A stretch of 64,000 nucleotides of DNA, from the IMG/VR virus record IMGVR_UViG_3300022723_000184, positions 1 to 64,000 of that record; one strand, given 5' to 3'. Source of the DNA: a virus. Taxonomy: Duplodnaviria; Caudoviricetes. How positions within the stretch are numbered: position 1 is the first letter of the stretch; the number at the start of each line of letters is the position of its first letter. A program made the position numbers and the translations under genes. Under the pieces are notes generated by a model. The model was not told the DNA's origin and searched no databases. It worked only from the letters and a program-made list of their open reading frames with translations. This document shows positions 1-9,375 of this stretch, piece by piece.

Positions 1-282
1 TTCGACATTCCCAATTGGGTCCGCGACAACCCGTATACCGTGGGCGCCACCGGGGTCGGCCTGCTGGGAGGCGGCCTGCACGGGTACCTGGGTGCCGACG
101 AGGACCGGGACGAGAACCCGTGGATGCAAGCCCTTAGCGGTGCCGGGACGCTGGGCACCATGGGCCTGCTGGGCGGGGGCCTGGTCGACAGCGGCCGCCG
201 CAACCAACAGCTGATGGCCCGGATCCATGAGCTGGAGAACGAGGGCCTGCTCGACAGCCTTCGCCGCCAGTACGGCGGCTGA
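1..282 (+). CDS. Small glycine-zipper protein, 5'-truncated by window edge
   Basis: Frame 1 is open from base 1. Two GxxxG-rich hydrophobic segments flank DEDRDENPW; a similar motif occurs in ORF 59320..60261. Confidence 0.75.
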   Translation, partial: FDIPNWVRDNPYTVGATGVGLLGGGLHGYLGADEDRDENPWMQALSGAGTLGTMGLLGGGLVDSGRRNQQLMARIHELENEGLLDSLRRQYGG

Positions 283-348
283 CACAGACCTGTACCTCCC
301 CCTTGCCCCGATCGGTCCCACCACCGGTCGGGGCTTTAGAGAGCCGGC

Positions 349-1461
349 ATGAACTGGACCAACCCCAACTTCAACCCGATGGGTATGACTGGCCGGGACC
401 AGAGTCCTCTGGGCCGTATTGGGATGGGGGTGACCGCGGTCCAACAGGCCAAGCCCAACCCAGTGAAGCAATTGCAGCCCCAAGTGCGGGGGAACGATTC
501 GATCTGGGCCAAGGCGCAGGGCGCCCGTGGGCGGACGTTCCCCGTGGGACAGATGGCTGGGGCTAAACAGGCCCTTGACGCACACCTGGCCGGGAAACTG
601 GCTGAATGTTGGACCAATGAGTTTCTTGGCCCGGGCTTAAAGACAGCGGGCGAAGCTAAAAAGTACTTTTTGGATCGGGAGGCCGGATCGACCGAGTCCC
701 GTCCGGCCCCTACCCCCTATAACCGGCCAAAAGCCCAAGCCACTAGCAAGAAGCTGGCGGGCGTCGGCCGGATCGCTCTCCGCAAGCATCTGATCAGGAA
801 ACTGGCCGGCGACATGCCGGTGGCGCTGAATCTGCGTATTTTGCCGAACCGGGCGATCGATCTTGGTCCCGGCGCCTCGCTCTCCGGAAGCCTGCGGTGG
901 CAAAACCCGGCGACGTTCGTCCCGACCGTGTACGAGCAGAGCCAGGCGAGCAAGCACGGCAACGACCAGTGGAGCCCGTCGGGATGGAAAAAGGTCACAG
1001 ACCAAGCTCCTCAACACCAAGGCCCTCGGGGCTGGAACCTGAGGGCCATCAAGGGCAAGGCCGGTCCAAAGACGACGATGGCCGCAATGTACAAGCAGGC
1101 CGTGCTCGAACCGATGTGGGGTGCGGCGGGCGGCGCCTACATCGCTCCCAAGGGGCAGCGGCTCGAAGGCATGCTGCGTGGTGCGGGGATCGGGGCGCTC
1201 AGCGGACTCGGGGGTCTGGGCACCGGCCTGGCCGGTTACAATCTTGGGCAGAGCTACCTGCCGGGTGCGGTGAACATCGGGGGCTATGATGTGCCCAAGG
1301 CTGCGTTGCTCGGCCTGGCCTCGATGCTGCCCGGCAACGCCGCCGGCTACATGCTGGGCAAGCGCCTGATGTGGCCGGGCGGCTGGCAGGATCCCGAGAC
1401 CGAAGTGCGCAGGCGGGCCCGGAGGCTGGTTGGACTCAACAACAAGGAAAGCGACCGATGA
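349..1461 (+). CDS. Putative virion protein with K-x-A motifs and C-terminal glycine zippers
   Basis: 370-aa ORF with KKLAG, RKLAG and YKQAV, followed by GAGIGALSGLGGLGTGLAG. Stop overlaps the next ATG. Confidence 0.7.
   Translation: MNWTNPNFNPMGMTGRDQSPLGRIGMGVTAVQQAKPNPVKQLQPQVRGNDSIWAKAQGARGRTFPVGQMAGAKQALDAHLAGKLAECWTNEFLGPGLKTAGEAKKYFLDREAGSTESRPAPTPYNRPKAQATSKKLAGVGRIALRKHLIRKLAGDMPVALNLRILPNRAIDLGPGASLSGSLRWQNPATFVPTVYEQSQASKHGNDQWSPSGWKKVTDQAPQHQGPRGWNLRAIKGKAGPKTTMAAMYKQAVLEPMWGAAGGAYIAPKGQRLEGMLRGAGIGALSGLGGLGTGLAGYNLGQSYLPGAVNIGGYDVPKAALLGLASMLPGNAAGYMLGKRLMWPGGWQDPETEVRRRARRLVGLNNKESDR
658..671. promoter_or_regulatory. AT-rich palindrome AAAAAGTACTTTTT (copy 1)
   Basis: Perfect 14-bp palindrome inside a CDS using rare codons. 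Recurs at 10519, 29722 and 46825. Confidence 0.45.
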
Positions 1462-4400
1462 GCAGGGACCGCTCGATCTTCAACCTCGTCTCGAAGCACG
1501 CGGCCCAGGACAGCTCGGCACCGCAACGCTCGGCGACCGGCGAATCCAAAGGCCTCCGGTACAACCACAAGTCCGACGACTACGCTCAGGGCCAGGACGC
1601 ATGGGCCAGCGTCGGCAAGTACTTCAAGAGCCACCTGCAGAACGGCACGCCGCCCAACCCCTTCCAGGCCAAGCACGCCATGGACGTGTCCAGCCAGCTC
1701 CGCGACCACTTCCTCAAGACTCTTGGCGTGGATACCAAGACCGGTCAGGCCCAGTGGCCCGGCGGTAACGTGCCCAAGACGGGTGCCGAGGCAGACGCCC
1801 TGTACGCCCGGGAGAAGGGCGCCGTGAGCCTGATCCCTGAGGCCATGCGTCAGGGCATCATCCCGGACCCCAGTGCCCCTCAGCAGCCCGCTCCGGCCCC
1901 TGCCGTGCCCCAGCAGCCGGCTCAGGGCCCCGTGGACCCTACGCAGAACGAGGTGGCCGGTGACGGCATGGCCACGGCCATTCAGCTGGCGGCGGCCAAG
2001 CAGGCGACCAGCTACCAGACGCCCGAGAGCACGGTATACGAGGATGCCGACGGCGACCCTGAGAAGGGCGACGAGGAGTGCAAGACGGCCGAGTCAGAGT
2101 CCTCAGGCCAGGATGCTGCGGCGTCCGGCAGCATGAGCACCGGTACCCTGCGGAGCCCGGCCGATCAGATCCCGACGAGCACCGGCCTCCAAGAACACAA
2201 CACGGCTCCCGACGGCCAGGTGGCTCCCAAGCTCAACGTGGGCGGCGGATTGGATTACCAGCAGGCCGCGGCCCGCACCGCCATGAACATCCCACAGACG
2301 CCCAACCCGCTGGCCAACCCCGGGCTCCAGACGACGACGGTCAAAGCGGCGATCGAGGATGTGACGGCAGTCGAACCGCCTTCGATCGGTGAACTGAAGT
2401 CCAAGGCCAACGGCATGCCCACGGCGGCCAAGGGCGTCAATCCCACGAACCAAATGCAGGGCAAGAGCATCCAGCCCAACGCCCACGCCACCAAGATCCG
2501 CCAGCAGCTCGACAAGGCAATTGCCGGCAGGGGCAAGATCGGCATGGACAAGGCCGGCCGATTCGGCTGGCTCGGCAAGATCTTGGGCAAAGGCAACCTG
2601 ACAGCCCGTCCTGGTACGGCGGTGGGCGCCGTTTTCGATTACGGGGCTCCGGCCGCGGTCGGCGGCTACACGTACCACAAGAGCCGTGAGGCCGGCCTCG
2701 ACCCGGTGACCAGCGCCTTGTTCGGGATCTCCGGCGGCTCGATTGCTGCTCCACGGGACATAGCGCGTGCGGTCCGCCTGGGCCGAGCCAGCAGCCTGGC
2801 CAGGGGCGAGAGCCCGGTGACCGGGTTCCTCAAGGAAATGATGCCGGCCGTCGGCCGCAAGGCGGGCTTTGCCGGCCTGGGTCTGGTCCCGGCGGTGGCC
2901 ACCAATGTGGCGCCGGCCGTCGCCAACATCCGCAAGACGACCGAGAACCTGGCCAAGAGCACTGAGCAGGGCGAGGGTGGTGCGAACCTAGGTCAGATCA
3001 TGGACCAGGTGCATGGTGCGATGAGCAACGTGGAACGGACGACCGGGGAAACAGCGCAGGCCGCAAGCGGCTTTAAGTACCTGCCGCACCTGCTGGCTGG
3101 CGGCCTGGGTCTTGGTGCTTTGGGTCTGGGCCACAGCATGTACAAAGACTGGCGTGATGAGCGTCAGGAGGCCGAGAAGGATGAGCGGCGCAAGGAGCGT
3201 CTGGCTGCTGGTCGAGCGTCCCGACGGAAGCGTGCCCCCAAGATCGTCCTCCGCAAGCCGGGTCAGTACACGATCGATTACCCCGATGAAGAATTCAAGG
3301 CGGCTGCGGCCCATGCCAAGGCCGCTGATTGCGGCGTGTGTCCCGAGGATATGGCGCAGGGCGTGGCCGAGGGCAGCCGTGGTCCGGTCAGCCAGTCCGA
3401 TGTCGAGGCGCTGGTCCGTAGCAAAAAGGACGACCGGCTGATGCCTCCGATGTTCGAGCAGGCCGACAAGCCCTCCAAGTGCCGTGTGACTGTTACCCGT
3501 CTTGTCAAAAAAGCTTACAGCGGCGGCGGGCCTGGTGCGGGCATAGGAACCAGCGGGATGACGACGGACGTCGGCATGACCGAGACCCAGGCTGATGACG
3601 CGGTGAGGCCCGATGCGGCTGAGCACCACCCGACGACGGAGAACGACCGGTTCAGTATGACCGGCGGCGGCACTCGGATTGCCAGCGACATCTCGCCTCT
3701 GGCCGTTGGTTTCCTGGATCATTGCGAAATGGCCGGGATGAACGCCATGCAGGTCAAGGAGGCCATCGACCGGATGGAGACGACGTTCGACGACCGGACG
3801 GTCGCCGAGCTGCGTGACGGCTTCCAGAAGCGTGCGTTCGGCGGCGTTCTGAATTTCGGGAGCAAGGCTCTGGGCGCCGGGGCCAAGGCCCTGGGTCTTG
3901 GCGGCCCGAAGATGTCGGAGGCCGGCCGACGCCTGGTGAACGCGGCGATGGGCGTCAAGGGACAGCGTCGTTTCAACCTGGGCTCGACGGCGGCCGGTGC
4001 CTTCGCCCCTGAGATCGGCAACGCACTCCAAGGACGAGGCTTCGAGAGCGAGATGGATTGGTTGGACCGGCGGCGGCTGCTGCTGGGCGCCGCGGGCCTC
4101 GGTGCCGGTCGCCTGGCTACCGGCTCGCCCGCCGCACGCCGGATGATCGCCAACCCGGCGGCCGGCGGGCTTACCGGCGGGTTTGTGGGGGGCGGTGTCG
4201 ACGCCTTGGCCCGTGCCGCGGGCTATGACACCGGGGGCATGGGATCGCGACTTGGAACCATGTTCGGCGCAGCCAGCCGTCTTCCGTGGGCCCGCCGCAT
4301 CGCCGCAGCCAACCGGGGCAATGTTGTGGGCCGGGGTCTGCGAGGTGCCGGACGACTCGCCAACTCCCCGTTGGGCGCCCGGGCCAAAGGTGTCGAGCCC

Positions 4401-5186
4401 CTGAACAGGGTTCGGACAGGCCTGGAGCTTGCTCCGATGTTTCCCGGCCTCTTGGCCACGGCTCCGGCCATGGCCGCCAACCTCCCGACGCTGACCAGCG
4501 ACATCCGTCAGGGCATGCAGGACACGGCCCGGGACACGCTGATGAACGCGGCCGGAGGCCCCAGCGGGATGATCGATGCGGTGCTCGCCGATCCCCAGCA
4601 GCGTGAGCAGGTCTTCAACCACCTGCAGCAGCGGATGGACGCCGATCCCCGTCTCAAGTCCGAGGTCTTCAACCGCTTCGCCCCGGGCATGGGGAACCTG
4701 GCGGTTGGTGCCCGCGGTTTCAGCGACTTCGTGGGCGGCGCCACCAGGATGATGGACCCGTTGCTCGCCACGATCTTTGGCCCCGAGCACGTGGGCCGGA
4801 TGACCACGACCCACAAGCTCATGCTGGGCCTGGGGCTGCTAAGCACAGTGACGGGCGGCGCCGGGATGGCCATGGGCGGAGGCGGTCTGAGTAAGGCCAT
4901 GACCCTCATGGGCCTGCTACTGGCGGCCGGCGGCGTGCTGGGCGGCAGGCAGAGGAACACCCAGACTCAGGGCGGCAACCACCCGGCCAACGCCGAGATC
5001 CAGCGAGCGCTGACGACCGGAGAGGTCAGTCCTCGGGCAGAAATCGAATACCAGATGCGGCAACAGGTGCCTGGTTTGGCTCAGCGACGAGCCCAACAGG
5101 ATCCTGTTGCCCGGATGGCCCAGCAGCAGACTCAGGACGCCGAGGCGGCCCAGGAGAGGGCCCGACAGTTCAACGCCGTCCGATGA
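1458..5186 (+). CDS. Large Gly/Ala/Gln-rich putative internal virion polyprotein
   Basis: ATG overlaps the upstream TGA; about 1240 aa. Segments are delimited by SKHAA, AKQAT, CKTAE, VKAAI, FKAAA, VKKAY and QKRAF. Several GxxxG hydrophobic helices. Confidence 0.8.
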   Translation: MSRDRSIFNLVSKHAAQDSSAPQRSATGESKGLRYNHKSDDYAQGQDAWASVGKYFKSHLQNGTPPNPFQAKHAMDVSSQLRDHFLKTLGVDTKTGQAQWPGGNVPKTGAEADALYAREKGAVSLIPEAMRQGIIPDPSAPQQPAPAPAVPQQPAQGPVDPTQNEVAGDGMATAIQLAAAKQATSYQTPESTVYEDADGDPEKGDEECKTAESESSGQDAAASGSMSTGTLRSPADQIPTSTGLQEHNTAPDGQVAPKLNVGGGLDYQQAAARTAMNIPQTPNPLANPGLQTTTVKAAIEDVTAVEPPSIGELKSKANGMPTAAKGVNPTNQMQGKSIQPNAHATKIRQQLDKAIAGRGKIGMDKAGRFGWLGKILGKGNLTARPGTAVGAVFDYGAPAAVGGYTYHKSREAGLDPVTSALFGISGGSIAAPRDIARAVRLGRASSLARGESPVTGFLKEMMPAVGRKAGFAGLGLVPAVATNVAPAVANIRKTTENLAKSTEQGEGGANLGQIMDQVHGAMSNVERTTGETAQAASGFKYLPHLLAGGLGLGALGLGHSMYKDWRDERQEAEKDERRKERLAAGRASRRKRAPKIVLRKPGQYTIDYPDEEFKAAAAHAKAADCGVCPEDMAQGVAEGSRGPVSQSDVEALVRSKKDDRLMPPMFEQADKPSKCRVTVTRLVKKAYSGGGPGAGIGTSGMTTDVGMTETQADDAVRPDAAEHHPTTENDRFSMTGGGTRIASDISPLAVGFLDHCEMAGMNAMQVKEAIDRMETTFDDRTVAELRDGFQKRAFGGVLNFGSKALGAGAKALGLGGPKMSEAGRRLVNAAMGVKGQRRFNLGSTAAGAFAPEIGNALQGRGFESEMDWLDRRRLLLGAAGLGAGRLATGSPAARRMIANPAAGGLTGGFVGGGVDALARAAGYDTGGMGSRLGTMFGAASRLPWARRIAAANRGNVVGRGLRGAGRLANSPLGARAKGVEPLNRVRTGLELAPMFPGLLATAPAMAANLPTLTSDIRQGMQDTARDTLMNAAGGPSGMIDAVLADPQQREQVFNHLQQRMDADPRLKSEVFNRFAPGMGNLAVGARGFSDFVGGATRMMDPLLATIFGPEHVGRMTTTHKLMLGLGLLSTVTGGAGMAMGGGGLSKAMTLMGLLLAAGGVLGGRQRNTQTQGGNHPANAEIQRALTTGEVSPRAEIEYQMRQQVPGLAQRRAQQDPVARMAQQQTQDAEAAQERARQFNAVR

Positions 5187-5221
5187 AGATCGTCGTGATC
5201 CTGGAGCACTGGCTGTAGGAG

Positions 5222-5279
5222 GTCTCATCTTCCAGGCCGATGAGCGGGCATTGCGACCCTGGTCAGTATAACTTTCAAC
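5222..5279 (+). repeat. 58-bp hairpin/promoter-like element, copy 1
   Basis: Identical to 7620..7677. CTCATC/GATGAG inverted repeat followed by GTCAGTATAAC. Confidence 0.9.
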
Positions 5280-5609
5280 GCACGTAGGAGTAAGAGACGG
5301 CTTCTCGACGTGGTAGGCCCTTCTTTGGACGCCTTGGACCATGGGAAGCCGTTAGGGCCAAGGTGGATGGCCGGGAACCGGACACCGCTGGCCTGGGTCA
5401 TGCCTGGCACAAAAGCCCACGTCGACCATGACCCCGGACCGCCGCCGTGCGGGTGGATCCACGGGAGACCATTAAGGTCGCCAGGGATCTCCTTCCTCCC
5501 CCACACTGGCACGAACCATCCTATCAGGGTGTAAATGGCTGAAACGCCGTGGTGCGGCGGTCCAGCTCCTGCCATGCGCCAGGACAGAGCCGGACACTCG
5601 ACTGACAAT

Positions 5610-5639
5610 TTGTAGGCACCTTGTAGGCGAGTTTGTAGG
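5610..5639. repeat. Three TTGTAGG direct repeats at 11-12 bp spacing
   Basis: TTGTAGG at 5610, 5621 and 5633 in a non-coding gap. Confidence 0.6.
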
Positions 5640-5710
5640 TGATCTCGTCTACCAAGGGATATCTCGGCGCACCGCCCGTGCCTCGGCGTACGAAGTGGCC
5701 CACACGTAAA

Positions 5711-5746
5711 TCCAGTGTTTACGCTTGCCTACACGTAAACACTGGA
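5711..5746. repeat. Perfect 13-bp inverted repeat with 10-nt loop
   Basis: TCCAGTGTTTACG (5711-5723) pairs with CGTAAACACTGGA (5734-5746). Confidence 0.8.
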
Positions 5747-5760
5747 CTTATGATTACGGC

Positions 5761-6255
5761 ATGAGCACGGGACTCTCAGACAAACCGCGGTTGGCCCCCA
5801 GCAGGCCTAAAGCCCAGGAGGGCTGGGGACCGATCGAAGTCGGTGACCGCAATCTGAGAGACAAGGCGATGAAAGACCCTAAGGACTACATTTCGACCCG
5901 TGGCGAGACCTACGCTGAACCCCAGCGTATCGGCTTCCTGTCCGTCCCTGTCATGCCGGTCCTCTGGGGCAAGCCTTGGAACCGTGCTGCTCTGGGCTTC
6001 CTCAAGGGCCTGCGTCCCTCCAAGGTCCGGGTGACGACCGGCGAGGCGACCACGGACCACGTCGACTGGCGTGTGACCGTCCTGATCAGCTCCGACGGAG
6101 TCATCCGCAAGATCTACCAGGAGATCGAGGTGGGCCTGGAGACCAACGCCCGGCACGCTGCCGACATGCTCGCCCAGCTGTACGGACGGGACGGGGACGA
6201 TGCGCAGAGCGTCAACAAGACGTTCGAGAACGTGTCGCTGCCCAACGCCGGCTAA
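5761..6255 (+). CDS. Hypothetical protein, possible I78/potato-inhibitor-like fold
   Basis: VRVTTGEATTDHVDWRVTVLISSDGVIRKI resembles the I78 pattern vRv..pG..vTxD....Rlnv..d..g.I. Start is uncertain (5725, 5761 or 5869). Confidence 0.45.
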   Translation: MSTGLSDKPRLAPSRPKAQEGWGPIEVGDRNLRDKAMKDPKDYISTRGETYAEPQRIGFLSVPVMPVLWGKPWNRAALGFLKGLRPSKVRVTTGEATTDHVDWRVTVLISSDGVIRKIYQEIEVGLETNARHAADMLAQLYGRDGDDAQSVNKTFENVSLPNAG

Positions 6256-6264
6256 ACTACCCGA

Positions 6265-7008
6265 ATGAAGTTGTGGCGTCTTTGGATGGGTCCGGAGCCC
6301 GAGTCGATCAAGTTGTTCGACGAACTGGCTCTGAAACGCAACCCCGATGCAGTTATCCTGCGCAACGACGACTGGCGTGAGTACGTCGGCCGGCATCGCG
6401 GTTTCGAGTTCAGCCCGGCCCGGACCTACGCCCAGCGGGCCGACGTCATCCGGTACATGCTGCTGTGCGCCCACGGCGGGATCTGGCTGGACGCCGACTG
6501 CATCGTCAACCGTAGCCTGTCGCCGATACTTCATGAGCTGAAGGGCAGCGACCTGCTGCTGTTCGAGGAAGAGTACCGCCGGGATGGTGGGCTGGTCCGG
6601 ATCCCTTACGACTGCGCCAACTATTTCATGGCGGCCAACCCACACACCGGCCCGATCCGGTCGTTGCGGAATCTGGCGATCGAGGTGTGTGAGGAGCTGG
6701 GCGACGACAGGGCTCCGCACGAGACGCTGAGCAAGCCGCTGATGCGGCGGATGTACAAGCACCACGGTGACCAGGTCAGGGCGTTGCCCGCTAAATCGTT
6801 CATGCCCATCCACTGGAAGGCCGGCCACCCGAAGGGGCTCTGGTTCCGGAGCGGGACCGACGCCCAGCACGCCGAGCGGTACGACCCACAGGCCTACACC
6901 TACATGCTGAGCAGGGGCGTGATCCACCACACGCGTAACTGGTCACGGCGTCGCTGGCTCAGCGGTGACGAGCTGATCTGTTACATTGTCCGTCGAGCAA
7001 TGGAGTAG
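6265..7008 (+). CDS. DXD-motif glycosyltransferase (GT32-like)
   Basis: RADVIRYMLLCAHGGIWLDADC is the GT32 signature with a DxD motif. Confidence 0.85.
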   Translation: MKLWRLWMGPEPESIKLFDELALKRNPDAVILRNDDWREYVGRHRGFEFSPARTYAQRADVIRYMLLCAHGGIWLDADCIVNRSLSPILHELKGSDLLLFEEEYRRDGGLVRIPYDCANYFMAANPHTGPIRSLRNLAIEVCEELGDDRAPHETLSKPLMRRMYKHHGDQVRALPAKSFMPIHWKAGHPKGLWFRSGTDAQHAERYDPQAYTYMLSRGVIHHTRNWSRRRWLSGDELICYIVRRAME

Positions 7009-7013
7009 CTCCG

Positions 7014-7619
7014 ATGGTCGTTTGTGAAGATCCTCACTGGGCGTACTACGCGCCGCCCAAGACCGGGACACGCACGGTTCTCGACCGGCTCAAGCACTGC
7101 GGCTGGCGACAGCACGAGGGCAACAAGCACGAGATCGCCGTGCCCCCCGACTACAAGAAGTACTTTCACTTCGTCACGGTGCGTAACCCGTTCAGCCGGA
7201 TGGTGAGCATCTGGTCGCACCTCCAGAACAAGATCATCAGCAAGTGGCCGACGCCCCACCGGCAGCGGCTGCACGACGAGACGCAGGGCCTGAGCTTCGA
7301 CCAGTTCCTGCACGATGAGCGGTGGTCGGCTTGGGACATTGAGAAGACGGTTCGCATGCAGTGCGAGTACCTGAGTGCGATGCCCTTCGTCAACCACGTG
7401 ATCCGGCACGAGACTTTCGAGCAGGATTTCCGCCAGCTGCCGTTCGCCGGCCGCAGCGACAAGCCGTTGCCCCGGCTCAACAAGGGCCTGTACCGCAAGG
7501 ACAAGCCTTGGTGGGAGCATTACACGATGTCCGGCGAGCAGCTGGTGCGTGAGCGGTACGCCGAGGACTTCCAGGCGACCGGCTATTCGATGTCGTTGGA
7601 CGAGGCGATCGCTGTCTGA
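7014..7619 (+). CDS. Sulfotransferase family 2 protein
   Basis: PKTGTRT 5'-phosphosulfate loop and VRNPFSRMVSIW 3'-phosphate motif. Confidence 0.85.
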   Translation: MVVCEDPHWAYYAPPKTGTRTVLDRLKHCGWRQHEGNKHEIAVPPDYKKYFHFVTVRNPFSRMVSIWSHLQNKIISKWPTPHRQRLHDETQGLSFDQFLHDERWSAWDIEKTVRMQCEYLSAMPFVNHVIRHETFEQDFRQLPFAGRSDKPLPRLNKGLYRKDKPWWEHYTMSGEQLVRERYAEDFQATGYSMSLDEAIAV

Positions 7620-7677
7620 GTCTCATCTTCCAGGCCGATGAGCGGGCATTGCGACCCTGGTCAGTATAACTTTCAAC
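7620..7677 (+). repeat. 58-bp hairpin/promoter-like element, copy 2
   Basis: Identical to 5222..5279; begins immediately after the sulfotransferase stop. Confidence 0.9.
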
Positions 7678-7791
7678 AAACTCGCGAGTAGGGCTAACTC
7701 CTAATAGAATGGGGGGTAGCAACGCCCATAGGTAGCTCGGGCGTTTCGGGCTACAATACCCACATGTCCCGAAGACAAGGAAGTCTGGTGG

Positions 7792-8274
7792 ATGATGACC
7801 GATACCAACACGACCGGCCTGCCCAGTGGGGATGTGGCCGAGACCGCATACCGAAGCCTGATCGAGTTCGGGGTCGTCGGTGCCGTGCTGGCCATCATCT
7901 TGATGGCGATGCTCGGCATTATTTGGTGGAACCTGATCCAGGCGCGTAAGAAAGACCTGGAGCACCAGAAAGCAGCCAAGGACCAGAGCGAAAAGCACCG
8001 TGCGGCGATGACCCGGGTCATCGAAGATCACCGTGTGGCCATGACCGAGATGGCCGAGCAGTGCCGCGAAGAGCGGATGATCCTGGTCGCCGACTTCAAG
8101 GCCCGGATCGATAACTACGCACAGGTGCTTCGAGAGAAGGACGCGACCCTGGAGCGTATCCAGGAGAAGCGAGTCGAGATGGCGGAGACAGCCGTGGCCG
8201 CAATCACCAAGACCTCGGCCCAGATGGATCAGCTGATCGCCGCCATGGCCATCGACCCGAACGACCCAGGATGA
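7792..8274 (+). CDS. Single-TM coiled-coil membrane protein (holin/spanin-like, unproven)
   Basis: TM segment LIEFGVVGAVLAIILMAMLGIIWW followed by a long charged coiled coil. TACAAT at 7752 upstream. Confidence 0.6.
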   Translation: MMTDTNTTGLPSGDVAETAYRSLIEFGVVGAVLAIILMAMLGIIWWNLIQARKKDLEHQKAAKDQSEKHRAAMTRVIEDHRVAMTEMAEQCREERMILVADFKARIDNYAQVLREKDATLERIQEKRVEMAETAVAAITKTSAQMDQLIAAMAIDPNDPG

Positions 8275-8287
8275 GAGGAGCGACGCC

Positions 8288-8581
8288 ATGAGTCAGGGAC
8301 CTGTCCCGGGGGATAGCGGGAAGGCTGATTTGTGCGGCAGCACCGGTGTGTTCAATGCGTTGGCCGAGTCCCACGAACAGATCGTGGAAGAACACGACGC
8401 GACCGAGGCCGAAGCCCAGCTCAAGGAGCTGGCAAGCCGCAACGGACAGCACGACGCTGAGTTTCAGCAGAAGCTCGCGAAGCTCGACGGCGCGAAGAAG
8501 AAGGGCAGCTTCCAGCGGCTGGTCCGCAACTTGCGGAGGATGTCCGAAAGGGGAGGCGACCAGCAGAAGGTCGCAGGCTGA
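8288..8581 (+). CDS. Hypothetical protein
   Basis: GGAG RBS, genome-typical codon usage, followed by a terminator-like hairpin. Confidence 0.65.
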   Translation: MSQGPVPGDSGKADLCGSTGVFNALAESHEQIVEEHDATEAEAQLKELASRNGQHDAEFQQKLAKLDGAKKKGSFQRLVRNLRRMSERGGDQQKVAG

Positions 8582-8602
8582 GGACTTCTTCTTCTCCATG
8601 GT

Positions 8603-8641
8603 GATGGCCCCGGCACGTACGTCGCTGGGGCCATCTTGTTT
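8603..8641 (+). terminator. Intrinsic terminator-like hairpin
   Basis: 12-bp stem GATGGCCCCGGC/GCTGGGGCCATC, then TTGTTT. Confidence 0.5.
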
Positions 8642-8701
8642 CCAGGGGCCGTGGTCGGGTAGGATTCTGGCGTAACCCCAACACCCTCTGGAGGATTCCC
8701 G

Positions 8702-8956
8702 ATGAACAAGTTGCTCGCCGTCACGGTCCTGGCCCTGATCCCCGTCGGCTGCTGCCCGCCCGGCACCATCCACGTCACCGCCCTGGACCCGGCGCTCAAG
8801 CCCGTGGTCGACGACTACGAGAAGTACGTGGCCACCGGCAAGAAGGCGGACGGCACCGACATGTCCCCCAACTACAAACAGGTCAGGGTCGACGCGATCA
8901 GGCGACTGCGTGAGGTCGTCGACGCGGCCAAGGCCAACGACCAGGCCGACAAGTAA
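8702..8956 (+). CDS. Predicted lipoprotein
   Basis: MNKLLAVTVLALIPVGC: basic N-terminus, hydrophobic core, lipobox-like VGC. GGAGG RBS. Confidence 0.7.
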   Translation: MNKLLAVTVLALIPVGCCPPGTIHVTALDPALKPVVDDYEKYVATGKKADGTDMSPNYKQVRVDAIRRLREVVDAAKANDQADK

Positions 8957-9375
8957 TGGTCTGGTGGAACCCGTTCTCGTGGTTCAGCCTGCCGGTTGAA
9001 CCAGAACCCGAGCCGGACGTGAGCAACGGCGTGGCCTTCGGGCTGCGTTACGTGCATCCGCCGGAGACAAAGGAGCCCAAGGTGGACACCGACACCATTG
9101 CCGACGCAATCAAGGAAGTGATCGAGGAGGGCATCGACGAGATGACCTCGGAGGTCAAGGACAAGGTCCAGAATGAACTCCGGACGCTCGCACACCAGGC
9201 GGCCACGGCCGCGATGGAGGGCGATACTGACACGCTGGAGGTGCTCGCCGGCCAGGTGTTGCTGGTCGGGGAGATCGCCCGGATCACTGGAGATACCATC
9301 GCCCGTGAGAAGGCACGTAAGGTCATTGAAACGGCGTTCGCCACCGCGATGAAGATCGCCGTGGCCAGTCTGTGA
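8956..9375 (+). CDS. Hypothetical protein
   Basis: TAATG overlap with the lipoprotein gene; coherent 139-aa ORF. Confidence 0.65.
   Translation: MVWWNPFSWFSLPVEPEPEPDVSNGVAFGLRYVHPPETKEPKVDTDTIADAIKEVIEEGIDEMTSEVKDKVQNELRTLAHQAATAAMEGDTDTLEVLAGQVLLVGEIARITGDTIAREKARKVIETAFATAMKIAVASL

Noticed and set aside
5222-5279. Hammerhead ribozyme in the repeat (CCGATGAG resembles CUGAUGAG)
   Set aside because: The core has C in place of the conserved U, and there is no correctly placed GAAA or three-stem junction on either strand.
5222-7677. CRISPR array
   Set aside because: The repeats are kilobases apart with genes between them; no regular spacers and no cas genes.
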